Source: a virus
IMG/VR virus record: IMGVR_UViG_3300020477_001932
Span: 1-64,000 of that record
Reading direction: 5' to 3' (one strand)
Length of the DNA: 64,000 nucleotides
Within the stretch, counting starts at the first letter, position 1. Each line of letters opens with the position of its first letter. The notes beneath the pieces were generated by a model. The model worked only from the letters and a program-made list of their open reading frames with translations, made no database searches and was not told the origin of the DNA. Positions 1 to 10,110 of the stretch are shown here, piece by piece. The position numbers and the translations under genes are program-made.

Positions 1-195
1 ATTGATCCAGAAGTAACAAGAGAACAGTTACAAGGACAATTAAATTATGCACAAAAAATTATTAATGTTCTTCAAGGAAAAGTAAACGAACTTAACGGAA
101 AGATGGTACAATTAGAAGCTCAATTACTTGTTGCTAATGAAGATAGAGAAAATATCTTAAAACAAGTTGAAACGATGGGAATTACCCCACAATAA
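1..195 (+). CDS. partial hypothetical coiled-coil protein (5' truncated)
   Basis: Frame 1 open from base 1 to TAA at 193-195 (IDPEVTREQLQGQLNYAQKIINVLQGKVNELNGKMVQLEAQLL...); heptad pattern; not in ORF track. Confidence 0.7.
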   Translation: MDPEVTREQLQGQLNYAQKIINVLQGKVNELNGKMVQLEAQLLVANEDRENILKQVETMGITPQ

Positions 196-208
196 AAAGG
201 AAAATAGT

Positions 209-955
209 ATGGCTAGTGTAACATCAAGGCAAGGACTTATAGACTATTGTTTGCGTAGATTGGGACAGCCTGTAATTGAAATCAATGTTGACGAAGATCA
301 GCTAGACGAAAGAGTAGATGATGCTTTAGAGTTTTTTCAAGAATACCATTTTGACGGTGTTGAAAAAGTTTTTACTAAGCATATAATAACTCAAACTGAT
401 ATTGATAATGAGTATATTTCTACTGATAACTCTATTATTAGTGTAGTTAGAGTATTGCCTATTCCTAGTTTTGATTCATTTCAAGGTGGTTTCTTTAATG
501 AAGAATATCAGTTAAGACTAAATGATTTAAACAATTTTTCTGGCTCATCTCTTGTTCAATGGAGTATGACATTAAGCAATTTTTCTTTAATTGAAGAGCT
601 GTTTTCTATTGCTCCAATTATGATGTTTAATAGAAAACAAGATAGAGTTTATTTAGAAACTAATTGGGTAGAAAAATTTAAAGTAGATGATATTCTAATA
701 GTAGAAGCTTATAAAATTCTTGATCCATCAACATTCCCACAAGTCTGGAATGATATGTTTTTAAAGAGATATGCTACTTCTTTAATAAAGCGTCAATGGG
801 GCGAGAATCTTAAAAAATATCAAGGCGTCGTTTTGCCAGGTGGTATTACACTTGATGGTAAAACTATTTATGATGAAGCAATCGAAGAAATAAGACAGAT
901 TGAAGAAGAAGTAAGTCTTAAATATGAACTTCCAGCAGACGGATATGTAGGTTAA
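209..955 (+). CDS. gp13: T4-like neck protein gp13
   Basis: YCLRRLGQPVIEINVDEDQLDER, WGENLKKY, LPGGITLDG motifs; start moved to ATG 209 after AAGGA. Confidence 0.93.
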   Translation: MASVTSRQGLIDYCLRRLGQPVIEINVDEDQLDERVDDALEFFQEYHFDGVEKVFTKHIITQTDIDNEYISTDNSIISVVRVLPIPSFDSFQGGFFNEEYQLRLNDLNNFSGSSLVQWSMTLSNFSLIEELFSIAPIMMFNRKQDRVYLETNWVEKFKVDDILIVEAYKILDPSTFPQVWNDMFLKRYATSLIKRQWGENLKKYQGVVLPGGITLDGKTIYDEAIEEIRQIEEEVSLKYELPADGYVG

Positions 956-956
956 T

Positions 957-1850
957 ATGCCAGTTAATAATTACTTTAGAAATTTTAATTCTATGGTTCA
1001 ACAGGAATTAATCAATGATCTAACAAGAGAAGTAATAGAGATCAATGGTCTTGAAGTCTATTATGTTATTAGAGAAAATTCTAATCTTAAAGATACAATT
1101 TATAATGAAGAGCCAACAGCAAGATTTCTAAATGCTAGAAAAGTTGAAATGTATATAAACACGCCTGAAGGCTTTGAGGGTGCTGGGGATCTAGTTTCAA
1201 AATTTGGCCTTGATGTTGTAGATGAATTAATTTTAATTGCAAATCGTGAAAGATTTGTTGATGAAGTTAAAATAGGAACACCTAGAGAAGGTGATTTAAT
1301 TTATCTTCCATTAGGTAAAGGTTTATTTGAAATTAAATTTGTTGAACACGAAAAACCATTTTATCAGTTAGGAAAAAATCACGTTTTTGAAATGACTTGT
1401 GAATTGTTTAGATATAATAATCAAATATTTGATGTTCCACAACAAGAAATGGGTGTAATGTTTAATAAGATTGAACGTGAAAATTCAATAACAAGAAAAT
1501 TTACAGTTGGAACACAATTTAATGCTAACGATCAATTTATAATTAGTGAAACAGTTAGAGGTGCAACATCTGGAGCTACTGGAAAAGTTGCTTCTCAAAG
1601 TGGAAATGTATTACATCTTTATCGTGTTTCAGGTTTGTTTCAAACTGGTGAAACTATTAATGGCCAGGGTCTTACACCACAGCCTCTACTTCATCCGCAA
1701 GTAGGAAGTGAACATACAAATACTATTATAGCTGAGGACGATCAAGTTATCGAATCATCTGAATATGATGATAATGAAATTCTTGAAACAGAGGGTGATA
1801 ACATATTAGACTTTAGTGAAATGGACCCATGGAGTGAAGGGGATCTTTAA
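957..1850 (+). CDS. gp14: T4-like neck protein gp14
   Basis: GFEGAGDLVSKFGL, PREGDLIYLP, LFEIKFVEHEKPFYQLGK; synteny. Confidence 0.93.
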   Translation: MPVNNYFRNFNSMVQQELINDLTREVIEINGLEVYYVIRENSNLKDTIYNEEPTARFLNARKVEMYINTPEGFEGAGDLVSKFGLDVVDELILIANRERFVDEVKIGTPREGDLIYLPLGKGLFEIKFVEHEKPFYQLGKNHVFEMTCELFRYNNQIFDVPQQEMGVMFNKIERENSITRKFTVGTQFNANDQFIISETVRGATSGATGKVASQSGNVLHLYRVSGLFQTGETINGQGLTPQPLLHPQVGSEHTNTIIAEDDQVIESSEYDDNEILETEGDNILDFSEMDPWSEGDL

Positions 1851-2896
1851 TGTTTGGTAAATATTTTTACAATAAAAATATCAGAAATATTGTTATCTTA
1901 TTTGGAACAATATTTAATGATATAGAAATAAGAAGAACTAGAGCTGGTACGGTTCAGAGTAGGTTGAAAGTACCTATTGCGTATGGCCCCGCACAAAAGT
2001 ATTTAACAAAATTGGATCAAGGCCCTATTCAAGTTGAAGCAACAGGAATGGATGCAGTAGAAACAAGAGATACAATGGGAATGGTATTACCTAGAATGTC
2101 TTTTGAAATAATGACAATGAATTATGATCCAACAAGAAAATTACAGACAACTAAGAAAATAAGAGAAGTAAAATTTCTCGGGCCAATAGATAGTATAACA
2201 GTTACAGATAATGGTGCTGGATATAATAATATACCAACAGTTGAAATAGAAGCACCAGCTGCTGGTGGAACACAGGCTACTGCAACTGCTACTCTTGGTA
2301 CGGGTTCAGATGCTGGTAAAGTTGTAAGTATTACACTTGTTGATGTAGGTGCTGGTTATACTTTTGTTCCTAATGTTACAATAAAACCAGTTGGTAATGA
2401 TAAACCATCAGATGCAAAAGCAACAGTTAATGTTGATGCAGATACCACAACATTAAATACAGCTTATACACCAGTTCCATATAATTTTGAAATTGATCTT
2501 TCTATTATGGTTTTGAATAGTGATGATGGTTCACAAATACTTGAACAGATTTTACCATATTTTACACCAGAGTTTCAAGTAACAATGAACGAAATGAAAA
2601 CATTGGGTATTAAAAGAGATATACCTATTGTGTTTAATAGTATGTCAACAGAAGATGATTATGAAGGAGACTTTCTTACTAGAAGGTCTTTAGTTCATAC
2701 TTTATCTTTTACTGTTCAAGCATACTTATATGGCCCAACTAAAGATCAGGGTATTATCAAAGAAGTAGATGTAAATGCAACAACAGATGAAAATTTTATT
2801 GATAATGATGCTAATATTAATGTTGTTCCTAAAGACGCTACTGCTGATCCTGATGATAACCCAGGATTTACGATAACAATAGATGAGAATGTATGA
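1850..2896 (+). CDS. gp15: tail sheath stabilizer gp15 with inserted beta-rich domain
   Basis: FGTIFNDI, VPIAYGP, LPRMSFE, YDPTRK, PVPYN, QILEQILPYFTP. Confidence 0.92.
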   Translation: MFGKYFYNKNIRNIVILFGTIFNDIEIRRTRAGTVQSRLKVPIAYGPAQKYLTKLDQGPIQVEATGMDAVETRDTMGMVLPRMSFEIMTMNYDPTRKLQTTKKIREVKFLGPIDSITVTDNGAGYNNIPTVEIEAPAAGGTQATATATLGTGSDAGKVVSITLVDVGAGYTFVPNVTIKPVGNDKPSDAKATVNVDADTTTLNTAYTPVPYNFEIDLSIMVLNSDDGSQILEQILPYFTPEFQVTMNEMKTLGIKRDIPIVFNSMSTEDDYEGDFLTRRSLVHTLSFTVQAYLYGPTKDQGIIKEVDVNATTDENFIDNDANINVVPKDATADPDDNPGFTITIDENV

Positions 2897-3300
2897 AGAA
2901 AGAAACAGTAAAAAAATTAAATGATATATTAGATATTGCAGATGATATTATTGATATTGAAGAACCAGAGTTGAATCAACATATTGAAGCTGAAAAAAAA
3001 GATGATGTAGTTGATGATTATGAGTTTTCAAGAGATCAATATCACGCTTTGATTGAAAAGGGTAATACTGCATTAGAAAGTTTGTTAGATATTGCGAAAG
3101 AGGGTGAACAGCCTAGAGCATTTGAGGTTGCAACCCAACTTATAAACTCTTTAGCTGCAACTACTAAAGAGCTTTTGGTATTACAAAAAACCAAGAAAGA
3201 AGTTGAAGGAACAAATAAACCCACGAAGAATGAAAATAATCTTTTCATTGGTAGCACTTCCGAACTTCAAAAACTTCTTGAGTTAAAAAAGAAAAAATGA
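2893..3300 (+). CDS. gp16: terminase small subunit
   Basis: DDYEFSR, PRAFEV, NNLFIGSTSELQKLL; directly upstream of large subunit. Confidence 0.9.
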   Translation: MKKETVKKLNDILDIADDIIDIEEPELNQHIEAEKKDDVVDDYEFSRDQYHALIEKGNTALESLLDIAKEGEQPRAFEVATQLINSLAATTKELLVLQKTKKEVEGTNKPTKNENNLFIGSTSELQKLLELKKKK

Positions 3301-3301
3301 T

Positions 3302-4915
3302 ATGGCAGACGATACCTATTTAGGGAATAACCTTCTAAAAGGTTTAGGCGTAAAACATGATTTTACTAAAGAAGAAATTGAGGAGTATATTAAATGTGCT
3401 AATGACCCAATTTATTTTTTAGAAAGTTATGTGAAGATCGTACACGTTGACGAAGGCCTTGTGCCTTTTAAGATGTATGATTTTCAGAAAAAACTAGTTG
3501 ACGCTATAACTGAAAACAGAAATGTTATCGTAAAAACTGGTAGGCAGGTTGGTAAAACAACTACAACTATCGGTTGGTTATTACATTATATTCTTTTTAA
3601 CGAAGAAAAAATTGTTGGCATTCTAGCGAATAAAGCCATCACAGCTCGGGAAATTCTTAGTCGGGTTCAAACATCCTACCAACATCTTCCAAAGTTTTTA
3701 CAGCAAGGATTAAGAGAATGGAATAAGGGTTCTATGGAACTTGAGAATGGAAGTAAAGTTATAGCTTCTTCCACATCTTCAAGTGCAATTCGTGGATTTT
3801 CATTTTCTTGTATTCTACTTGATGAATTTGCTCACGTTCAAAGGCATATTGCAAATGAGTTTATTCGTTCAGTTTATCCTACGATTTCGTCTGGTAAAGA
3901 AACAAAAGTTATTATAGTATCTACTCCAAATGGATTTAACTTGTTTTACAAGTTTTGGAATGATGCTGAAAATGGAAATAATACATTCTATCCATTTAGA
4001 GTACATTGGTCAAATGTGCCAGGCCGTGATGAAGAATGGCATAAAAGAATTGTATCGACAATCGGTGAAGATTCTTTCAGGCAAGAGTATGAAGCTGAGT
4101 TTTTGGGGTCAACTAACACACTTGTTTCGACCGAGAAGCTCCAAGAGCTATCATATAATGACCCAATATTCTCAAAAGATGGTTTAGATGTTCACGAAGA
4201 GCCAAATCCTGAGCGTACTTATACCATAACAGTAGATGTTGCAAGGGGTCAAGGAAACGATTATTCGGCGTTTTCGGTGTTTGATATAACAGAAATTCCA
4301 TATAAAGTAGTAGCAAAGTACAGAAATAACACGGTGGCACCCCTACACTTCCCAAATATTATAAATACTATTGGAAAGAGATATAATTATGCGTATATTT
4401 TAGTAGAAATAAATGACATTGGTTCACAGGTTGCAGATGTTTTACACCATGATTTAGAGTATGAGCATTTATATTCAACATCATGGTATGGAAGGCATGG
4501 TCAACAGCTAAGTAGTGGAGCAAGAAAAGAATCAGCTTTTGGTGTTAGAACAACAAAGACAATGAAAAAGATTGGTTGTTCTAATCTGAAATCTTTGATT
4601 GAAGAAAATAAGCTCTTGTTCAATGACTACGATATTATATCAGAATTAACAACATTTATTTCTACGGGTGAGTCCTACTCAGGCGAAGAAGGAACACATG
4701 ATGATTTAGTTATAACATTGGTGTTGTTTGCATGGCTAATAGATCAACAGTATTTTAAAGATTTAAGCCAACAAAATATAAGAGATAATTTATACCAAAA
4801 CCAATTAAACCAGTTAGAAGATTTAACGACACCATTTGGAGTTATTGATAATGGTTTGAATCAAGATGAATTTGAAATTGATTCTGATGGGACAGTTTGG
4901 AAAACAGTTCTTTAA
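3302..4915 (+). CDS. gp17: terminase large subunit
   Basis: RQVGKT Walker A, LLDEFA Walker B, STPNG, DVARG and HDDLV nuclease motifs. Confidence 0.97.
   Translation: MADDTYLGNNLLKGLGVKHDFTKEEIEEYIKCANDPIYFLESYVKIVHVDEGLVPFKMYDFQKKLVDAITENRNVIVKTGRQVGKTTTTIGWLLHYILFNEEKIVGILANKAITAREILSRVQTSYQHLPKFLQQGLREWNKGSMELENGSKVIASSTSSSAIRGFSFSCILLDEFAHVQRHIANEFIRSVYPTISSGKETKVIIVSTPNGFNLFYKFWNDAENGNNTFYPFRVHWSNVPGRDEEWHKRIVSTIGEDSFRQEYEAEFLGSTNTLVSTEKLQELSYNDPIFSKDGLDVHEEPNPERTYTITVDVARGQGNDYSAFSVFDITEIPYKVVAKYRNNTVAPLHFPNIINTIGKRYNYAYILVEINDIGSQVADVLHHDLEYEHLYSTSWYGRHGQQLSSGARKESAFGVRTTKTMKKIGCSNLKSLIEENKLLFNDYDIISELTTFISTGESYSGEEGTHDDLVITLVLFAWLIDQQYFKDLSQQNIRDNLYQNQLNQLEDLTTPFGVIDNGLNQDEFEIDSDGTVWKTVL
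4360..4367 (+). promoter_or_regulatory. T4-type late promoter consensus inside gene 17
   Basis: Exact TATAAATA; intragenic, so may be chance. Confidence 0.4.
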
Positions 4916-4987
4916 AAATAGATTATTGAGCAATTGATGAAAATATATTAATATAAAAAATGTAATTAATTGTAAAGGAGATAACAA

Positions 4988-6760
4988 ATGCCATTTCAAG
5001 TAAGTCCGGGCGTAAACGTCAGCGAGATTGATTTAACTAATGTCGTGCCTAATGTATCAACTAGTATTGGTGCATATGCAGGTCAATTTCAATGGGGTCC
5101 CGTAGAACAAAGAACATTAGTAGTTTCAGAAAACGATTTAGTAGAAAGATTTTTTAAACCAGACGAAAATACATTTGAAGATTTTTGGTCTTGTGCAAAC
5201 TATCTTGCATACTCTGATAATTTGCTCGTAGTAAGAATGGTTGAAGCCGATGCACGCAACGCCGTTGTTGGTGATGTTGATGCAGGTACAGCTACTCAAG
5301 TTAAAAATGATGATGATTGGGAAAGTGATAAAGGTGCTTTTTCCGATCAATTATTCATTGCTAAATATCCCGGATCTTTAGGTAACAGCCTAAAATGTAT
5401 TGTTATTGACTCTGCTGGATGGGCCAATGCAGTAGCACAGGGAGCAGGAGCAACAGCAGATCAAAAATTATTTCTAGCCAACTTTAATGGCGCACCCGGT
5501 ACATCACAAGACGTAATCAAAGCTAATGGTGGTGCTACAACTGGTAATGACGAAATGCACGTTTTAGTAATTGACGAAGATGGTCAGTTTACTGGTGAAG
5601 CAGGTGAAATTCTTGAAGTTCACGCATACGTTAGTAAAGCAAGAGATGCTTTGAAATTTGATGGTTCAAGTAACTACATTGAGAATGTTCTACGAAACGA
5701 ATCACGTTATGTTTGGTTGGGAGCTGTAGGACAATTAACAGCATCATCAACTGATGCAGGTAGTGAAGTTGATGCTGGTGCATTAAAAGCTGGAGCAGTA
5801 TTCAAATCATTGAATAGTGCAACACCAGCAGAAATGACACCCGGTGGGTCAATGACTGGTGGAGTAGTTGGTACAAATATTTCAGCCGGTACTAGAGAAT
5901 TAGGATATAACTTTTATTCTGATCCTGAAGTTGTTGATGTAACATTAGTTATTGGTGGACCTATTTTACCTCTAAATGGTAAAAATGTTATCGACAATGT
6001 TGTTGCAGCTAGAAAAGATTGTGTTGGCTTCTTTTCACCAGCAAAAACAAGTGTTGTAGGACAGGCTGATAGAGCAGTTATCGTTAATTCTATTACAACT
6101 GATAATACAGCATTGGGTTCATCTAGTTATGCAGTTATGGATAGTGCATGGAAATATCAATATGATCGCTATCGAGATAACTTCATCTATACACCAATGA
6201 ATGCTGATATTGCTGGTCTTTGTGCAAGAACAGACTTCACAAATGATCCTTGGTTTTCACCCGCTGGTCTTAACAGAGGAACAATTAAAAATGTTGTACG
6301 ACCAAGTTGGGAATGTCGAAAAGCAGAACGTGATACTCTATATAAAATTGGAACAAATCCGGTTGTAACTCAACCAGCTGTAGGTACTGTTTTGTTTGGT
6401 GATAAAACCATGCAAGTAGTTCCAAGTGCTTTTGATCGAATCAATGTACGAAGATTGTTTATCGTTCTTGAAAAAGCAATTGCTACTGCAGCTAAAGCAT
6501 TCATGTTTGAGTTTAATGATGAGTTTACAAGAGCTCAATTTGTTAGTGTTGTTACACCTTTCTTGAGTGAAGTAGAAGGCCGAAGAGGTATTACAGACTT
6601 TAAAGTAGTTTGTGATAGCACAAATAATACTGGCCAAATTATTGATACGAATCAATTTGTTGGCGATATTTATATTAAGCCAAATCGTTCTATCAACTTC
6701 ATTCAGTTGAATTTTATTGCCGCAAGAACTGATGTAGAATTTTCAGAAATCGGTGGTTAA
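4988..6760 (+). CDS. gp18: tail sheath protein
   Basis: SPGVNVSEIDLT, QWGP, PWFSPAG, FDRINVRRLF, IYIKPNRSINFIQLNF. Confidence 0.97.
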   Translation: MPFQVSPGVNVSEIDLTNVVPNVSTSIGAYAGQFQWGPVEQRTLVVSENDLVERFFKPDENTFEDFWSCANYLAYSDNLLVVRMVEADARNAVVGDVDAGTATQVKNDDDWESDKGAFSDQLFIAKYPGSLGNSLKCIVIDSAGWANAVAQGAGATADQKLFLANFNGAPGTSQDVIKANGGATTGNDEMHVLVIDEDGQFTGEAGEILEVHAYVSKARDALKFDGSSNYIENVLRNESRYVWLGAVGQLTASSTDAGSEVDAGALKAGAVFKSLNSATPAEMTPGGSMTGGVVGTNISAGTRELGYNFYSDPEVVDVTLVIGGPILPLNGKNVIDNVVAARKDCVGFFSPAKTSVVGQADRAVIVNSITTDNTALGSSSYAVMDSAWKYQYDRYRDNFIYTPMNADIAGLCARTDFTNDPWFSPAGLNRGTIKNVVRPSWECRKAERDTLYKIGTNPVVTQPAVGTVLFGDKTMQVVPSAFDRINVRRLFIVLEKAIATAAKAFMFEFNDEFTRAQFVSVVTPFLSEVEGRRGITDFKVVCDSTNNTGQIIDTNQFVGDIYIKPNRSINFIQLNFIAARTDVEFSEIGG

Positions 6761-6764
6761 GACT

Positions 6765-6772
6765 TATAAATA
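6765..6772 (+). promoter_or_regulatory. late (gp55) promoter for gp19
   Basis: Intergenic TATAAATA shortly upstream of AAGGAG and ATG 6800. Confidence 0.8.
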
Positions 6773-6799
6773 CATTAAACAATAAAGGAGTAACAAAAA

Positions 6800-7408
6800 A
6801 TGAGTAACATTTCAAATTTTGCAAAGAATTTTAAAGGTGGAGTAAGACCAAATCAGTTTAGGGTCAGTATTCTAGGTTCTCCTGTAGGTGGTATTCCACT
6901 AGAATTTTTGGGAAAAGCAACAAGTATTCCTGCTTCTACCATTGGTAATATGGATGTTCCATATCGTGGCCGTCAACTGAAAGTACCTGGCGACAGGACT
7001 TTTGAAGATTGGACAGTAACTTGTTTTTCAGATGGTAGTTGGGCTGTTCGTTCTACCTTTGAACGCTGGATGCAGGCTATTTCTGGTCATACCAATATTG
7101 GTAGTAATGTTGCGTCTAATGCAGTATATGGTACAGGGCGTGTTGAACAATTAGATCAAAATGGTAGGACATTAGCTCTCTATCAAGTTGAAGGTATATA
7201 TCCAACAAATCTAGCTGCTATTGATCTGGATTTTGGTACAAATGACACACCTGAGGAATTTCAGGTAACATTTGCTATTAATAACTGGCGTAATACTGCC
7301 TTGCCTACAATTACAGGAAATGGTGGCAATAGCTCGGTTGATATTGGTTTTAATATGAATCTTCCAGGTGGTGTTAATGTATCTGGTAATACTGGATTTG
7401 GAGCATAA
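6800..7408 (+). CDS. gp19: tail tube protein
   Basis: GGVRPNQF, VPYRGRQLKVPGDRTFEDWTVT, EEFQVTF. Confidence 0.95.
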   Translation: MSNISNFAKNFKGGVRPNQFRVSILGSPVGGIPLEFLGKATSIPASTIGNMDVPYRGRQLKVPGDRTFEDWTVTCFSDGSWAVRSTFERWMQAISGHTNIGSNVASNAVYGTGRVEQLDQNGRTLALYQVEGIYPTNLAAIDLDFGTNDTPEEFQVTFAINNWRNTALPTITGNGGNSSVDIGFNMNLPGGVNVSGNTGFGA

Positions 7409-7422
7409 CAATAAATTTGATG

Positions 7423-7449
7423 AAGGGGAGTTCGCTCCCCTTTATTTTT
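7423..7449 (+). terminator. intrinsic terminator
   Basis: AAGGGGAG-TTCG-CTCCCCTT followed by T-rich tail. Confidence 0.85.
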
Positions 7450-7472
7450 CATAATGAACAAAGGATGATAAT

Positions 7473-9005
7473 ATGGCATTTGACTTATTTGGATTTTCAG
7501 TTTCCAAAAAGAAAACAGAAAAAACATTTGTAACACCCGAGAATGATGATGGTGCAATTACTTATGTCGAGGGCGGGGGATTTGTAGGAACATATCTCAA
7601 TACTGATCTTGATGCTAAAGATGAAAATCTTTTAATTCAAAAGTATCGTGAAATGGCAATGACACAAGAAGTAGATTTAGCCATCACGGATGTTATAAAT
7701 GAATCTGTTTTACATGAAACTGGTAAATCCTCTGTAAACCTGTCTTTAGAGAAATTAGAGCAAACACAGTCAATCAAGAAAAAGATTACTGATGAGTTCA
7801 AAAAACTTGTTAAACTTTTAGATTTCAATAAAACAGGATACGATACATTTAGAAAATGGTATATTGATGGTAAGCTATACCATCATATTGTTATTGACAA
7901 AGGAAAACCAAAAGAGGGTATTAAGTCTTTAATTCCAGTTGATGCTCTTGACATCAAAAAAGTTCGTGAAATAAAAAGAGAAAAAGATGCCTTAACTGGT
8001 GTTGAGTTTATAAAAGAAATAGATGAATATTTCATTTATAAACCAGATCAAAGTACAGGCCAATTTTTACCTGGCGGTAAAATGAATGAAGAAGTTAAAG
8101 TATCACTTGATGCTATTTCTTATGTTCATTCTGGTATGATTGATTCACAGAAGCAAGTAGTTATTGGTTATCTTTATAAAGCAATTAAGCCGTTCAATCA
8201 ATTAAGAATGATTGAGGATTCTCTTGTTATATATAGATTAGCAAGGGCACCTGAAAGACGAATTTTTTATATAGACGTTGGTAATTTACCAAAACTAAAA
8301 GCAGAACAATATTTACGTTCTGTTATGGACAAATATAAACAGAAAGTTGTTTATAATGCAGCTACTGGTGAAGTAGAAGATCAGAAAAAACAGATGTCAA
8401 TGTTGGAAGATTTCTGGCTACCAAGACGAGAGGGTGGTAGAGGTACTGAAATAAACACATTACCATCTGGACAGAATCTTGGTGAAATTGAAGATATAGA
8501 ATATTTTAGAAAGAAGCTTTATCAATCTTTGAATATTCCAATTTCAAGAATTGAAGGCACAGATGCAACAGCCTTTAATCTTGGAAGAACATCAGAGATT
8601 AATCGTGATGAAGTAAAATTTTCTAAATTTATTTCAAGGTTACGACAAAGATTTTCAGCTTTATTTACAGATTTACTTAGAGTCCAACTTCTTCTAAAAG
8701 GAATTATCAAAGAAGATGATTGGTATGAAATTAAAGATGCAATCGAATATGTATGGACTAGGGATTCACATTTTGCAGAGTTAAAACAAAATGAAATTCT
8801 TAAAGAGCGTTTGGAAGTTCTTTCATCATTGGATGAATATATCGGTAAATACTTTTCTAACGAATGGGTTAGGAAAACTGTTCTCCGACAATCTGAAGAT
8901 GAAATTGCTGAGATTGATAAACAGATTAAGGATGAAACTGGTGTCGAGCCAGATGATGCAACAATTAATCCTGACTTATTAGATTTTCAAGATACAGGTG
9001 GATAA
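7473..9005 (+). CDS. gp20: portal protein
   Basis: RKWYIDG, YRLARAPERRIFYIDVGNLP, EDFWLPRREGGRGTEI. Confidence 0.97.
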   Translation: MAFDLFGFSVSKKKTEKTFVTPENDDGAITYVEGGGFVGTYLNTDLDAKDENLLIQKYREMAMTQEVDLAITDVINESVLHETGKSSVNLSLEKLEQTQSIKKKITDEFKKLVKLLDFNKTGYDTFRKWYIDGKLYHHIVIDKGKPKEGIKSLIPVDALDIKKVREIKREKDALTGVEFIKEIDEYFIYKPDQSTGQFLPGGKMNEEVKVSLDAISYVHSGMIDSQKQVVIGYLYKAIKPFNQLRMIEDSLVIYRLARAPERRIFYIDVGNLPKLKAEQYLRSVMDKYKQKVVYNAATGEVEDQKKQMSMLEDFWLPRREGGRGTEINTLPSGQNLGEIEDIEYFRKKLYQSLNIPISRIEGTDATAFNLGRTSEINRDEVKFSKFISRLRQRFSALFTDLLRVQLLLKGIIKEDDWYEIKDAIEYVWTRDSHFAELKQNEILKERLEVLSSLDEYIGKYFSNEWVRKTVLRQSEDEIAEIDKQIKDETGVEPDDATINPDLLDFQDTGG

Positions 9006-9008
9006 ATA

Positions 9009-9248
9009 ATGAGTATTTCTAAATCTAGTTTTTTAAATAATTTAAAGAATAAAGTTGTTTCGGAAGATTCAGAAAAAATAAACGAGGCAATTCGGTATGC
9101 TTTCAAACTTACAGATATGTATGGGATTGAAAGAATTAACAAATCAATTTTAGAAGCTTCTATTGAGTTTAAGATTGATGAAAGTTTATTAAGAGAAAAA
9201 ATAAATGATGATTCATTTATATTAGAAGAAAGGATTGACAATGAGTGA
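9009..9248 (+). CDS. hypothetical protein in head-assembly cluster
   Basis: Tightly packed ORF between portal and gp67-like gene. Confidence 0.6.
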   Translation: MSISKSSFLNNLKNKVVSEDSEKINEAIRYAFKLTDMYGIERINKSILEASIEFKIDESLLREKINDDSFILEERIDNE

Positions 9249-9456
9249 TGATCTAAAGGCCAACATAGTACAGAATGTTCTTGATAAAAAATTTTCTAGG
9301 GCTAATGCAGATTTTGCTAATTTAATGAGAGATAAAGCATACGCTGCGATTGATGATTTTAAAAACGCATTTAAATATGTTGTTCATCAAAAGAAAGAGC
9401 CCGAAACTGAAAAAAAAGAACCTGAGAAAAAGGAAGCTGAAAAAAAGGAGAAATAG
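9241..9456 (+). CDS. prohead core protein, gp67-like
   Basis: Size, position and IVQNVLDKKFSRANADFANLMRDKAYAAID helix resemble T4 gp67. Confidence 0.55.
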   Translation: MSDDLKANIVQNVLDKKFSRANADFANLMRDKAYAAIDDFKNAFKYVVHQKKEPETEKKEPEKKEAEKKEK

Positions 9457-10080
9457 ATGAAACTAATAACAGAACATACAAGTGATGTAGAATATATTGT
9501 TGAAGGTAAAGATAAACAACAATATATTAAAGGTATCTTTATGCAATCTGATATTAAGAATCAGAATGGCAGAGTATATCCTTTTTCTGTTCTTCAAAAA
9601 CAAGTAAAAGAATTTAATAATAAATTTGTGAAACAAGATCGAGCATTGGGCGAACTTGGCCATCCAATGGGGCCAACAATTAATCTTGATCGTGTTTCTC
9701 ATGTAATCACAGAATTAATAGAAGATGGTAAAAATTTTGTTGGAAAAGCAAAAATTATTGACACACCGAATGGAAAGATTGTAAAAAATCTTCTTGAGTC
9801 TGGTGTTCGTTTAGGTGTGAGTTCAAGAGGGCTTGGTTCTGTAAAAACAAATAAAAAGGGTGTGAATGAAGTACAAGATGATTTTGTACTTTCCACCGTT
9901 GATATTGTTTCTGATCCAAGTGCCCCTGACGCATTTGTTAATGGCATCATGGAAGGAAAAGAGTTTACTTTAACAGGTGAAGTTGAATATGATATTCAAC
10001 AGGAAATTAGAGATACTGTCAAATTTAGACTTGAACAAAAGAAGATTGAACTATTCAAAAAATTCATGGGTGGTTTATAA
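9457..10080 (+). CDS. gp21: prohead protease
   Basis: MKLITE, NQNGRVYP, GELGHP, LGVSSRGLGS, DIVSDPSAPDAFV. Confidence 0.96.
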   Translation: MKLITEHTSDVEYIVEGKDKQQYIKGIFMQSDIKNQNGRVYPFSVLQKQVKEFNNKFVKQDRALGELGHPMGPTINLDRVSHVITELIEDGKNFVGKAKIIDTPNGKIVKNLLESGVRLGVSSRGLGSVKTNKKGVNEVQDDFVLSTVDIVSDPSAPDAFVNGIMEGKEFTLTGEVEYDIQQEIRDTVKFRLEQKKIELFKKFMGGL

Positions 10081-10110
10081 TTTAATTTTAATTTAAAAGG
10101 AGCTATTAAA

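Noticed and set aside
167-208. Upstream TTG/GTG/ATG starts in the ORF track (also 16624, 21292, 22684, 27358, 35566, 38756, 45748)
   Set aside because: They overlap upstream genes or regulatory DNA; downstream starts have SDs and match family N-termini
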